A stretch of DNA of 64,000 nt from Octopus bimaculoides (lineage: Eukaryota), in NCBI RefSeq assembly GCF_001194135.2, contig NC_068982.1, positions 48,766,165 to 48,830,164 of the forward strand, given 5' to 3'. A program made the translations under genes and the position numbers. Below, in pieces: positions 63,285 to 64,000 of this stretch (its first letter is position 1; each line of letters begins with the position of its first letter). The notes under the pieces were generated by a model. That model was not told where the DNA came from. It searched no databases and saw nothing but the letters and a program-made list of their open reading frames with translations.

Positions 63285-63728
63285 GCCTTTCTACTATAGG
63301 AATAAGGCCTGAAATTTTGGGGAAGGGGCCAAATCGATTACATTCGCCCCAGTACTCGACTGCTACTAATTTTATCGAATCCGAAAGGATGTAAAGTGAG
63401 GTTGAACTCAACGGAATTTGAACTCAGAGCATGTAGACGGACGAAACGCTAAGTATTTTATCCAACGTACTAACGATTCTGCCAGTTCACCGCCTTAAGA
63501 ATGATATTAATAACCCTTTCTAGTAAAGGCACAAAACCTGAAATTTTGTGGGAGTGGACTAGTCGTTTACATCGACCTCAGTGTTTCACTAATACTAAAT
63601 TTATCGACCCCGAAAGGATGAAAAGCAAAGCTGACCTCGGTGGAATTTGAACTCAGAGCGTGAGGACAGTCGAAATGCCGCTAAGCATTTTCCTGACGTG
63701 CTAACGATTCTGCTAGCTCGCCGCCTTC
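63285..63728 (-). mobile_element. Two tandem SINE family B copies, followed by (TAA)(CAA)(GAT)n
   Basis: Two head-core-tail units; diverged but CpG-retaining. Confidence 0.9.
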
Positions 63729-63783
63729 AATAATAATAACAATAATAACAACAACAACAACAACAATGATGATGATGATGATA

Positions 63784-64000
63784 CAGTACTAGGCAATGGC
63801 TCTCATGGCTTCTGGACCGAACTGATTGAAAGTGTTATCATGTATATGTTTTGTCTTGGTATAAAAGGCGGGTTACAACAAATACTCTAGTCGATATCAC
63901 AGAGCTGCTTGTCAGTTGCTTGACCGTGACCAGTTGAGGATGTCCCCTTAGTGGCTGTTATGAGCATCTGTGATCACGACCAAGAGTAGCTTGGGAGCAT
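63784..64000. mobile_element. Interspersed repeat (SINE-like), cut by the window end
   Basis: GGCAATGGCTCTCATGGCTTCTG...GTGTTATCATGTA resembles a repeat I recall from octopus sequence; only one copy here. Confidence 0.4.

Overview
AT-rich, repeat-dense animal genomic DNA with five N gaps. The SINE families look like those of Octopus (inferred from sequence resemblance, not a database hit). There are no prokaryotic features, CRISPR arrays, rRNA or true tRNA genes, and no protein-coding gene I can name. Almost all ORFs in the supplied track are translations of microsatellites, gaps or transposon debris. The window holds over 40 tRNA-derived SINE copies, which I label A, B, D and E. It also holds decayed non-LTR retrotransposons of four clades (R4/Dong-like, HERO-like and CRE-like with restriction-like endonuclease, plus RTE), Penelope-like termini, two mariner relics, several MITE families, and a 1.46 kb gypsy-type LTR with a tRNA-Trp-like primer binding site. 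The clearest large-scale structure is a CpG transition near 39 kb: old repeats to the left have lost most CpGs and old repeats to the right keep them. A candidate first coding exon on the minus strand at 43.4 kb (GAAAATG-T|GTAAGT) lies just right of this transition. Together these suggest that 1-39 kb is the methylated, mostly intronic body of a long minus-strand gene. Other notable items are a minimal hammerhead-ribozyme-like motif in a Penelope-like terminus, a perfect 378 bp palindrome at a contig edge (probably an artefact), a foldback-like repeat array, a Helitron-like terminal hairpin and an in-frame 33 bp amplification in a retrotransposon endonuclease tail. Element boundaries were read by eye and are approximate unless TSDs or TIRs are quoted.
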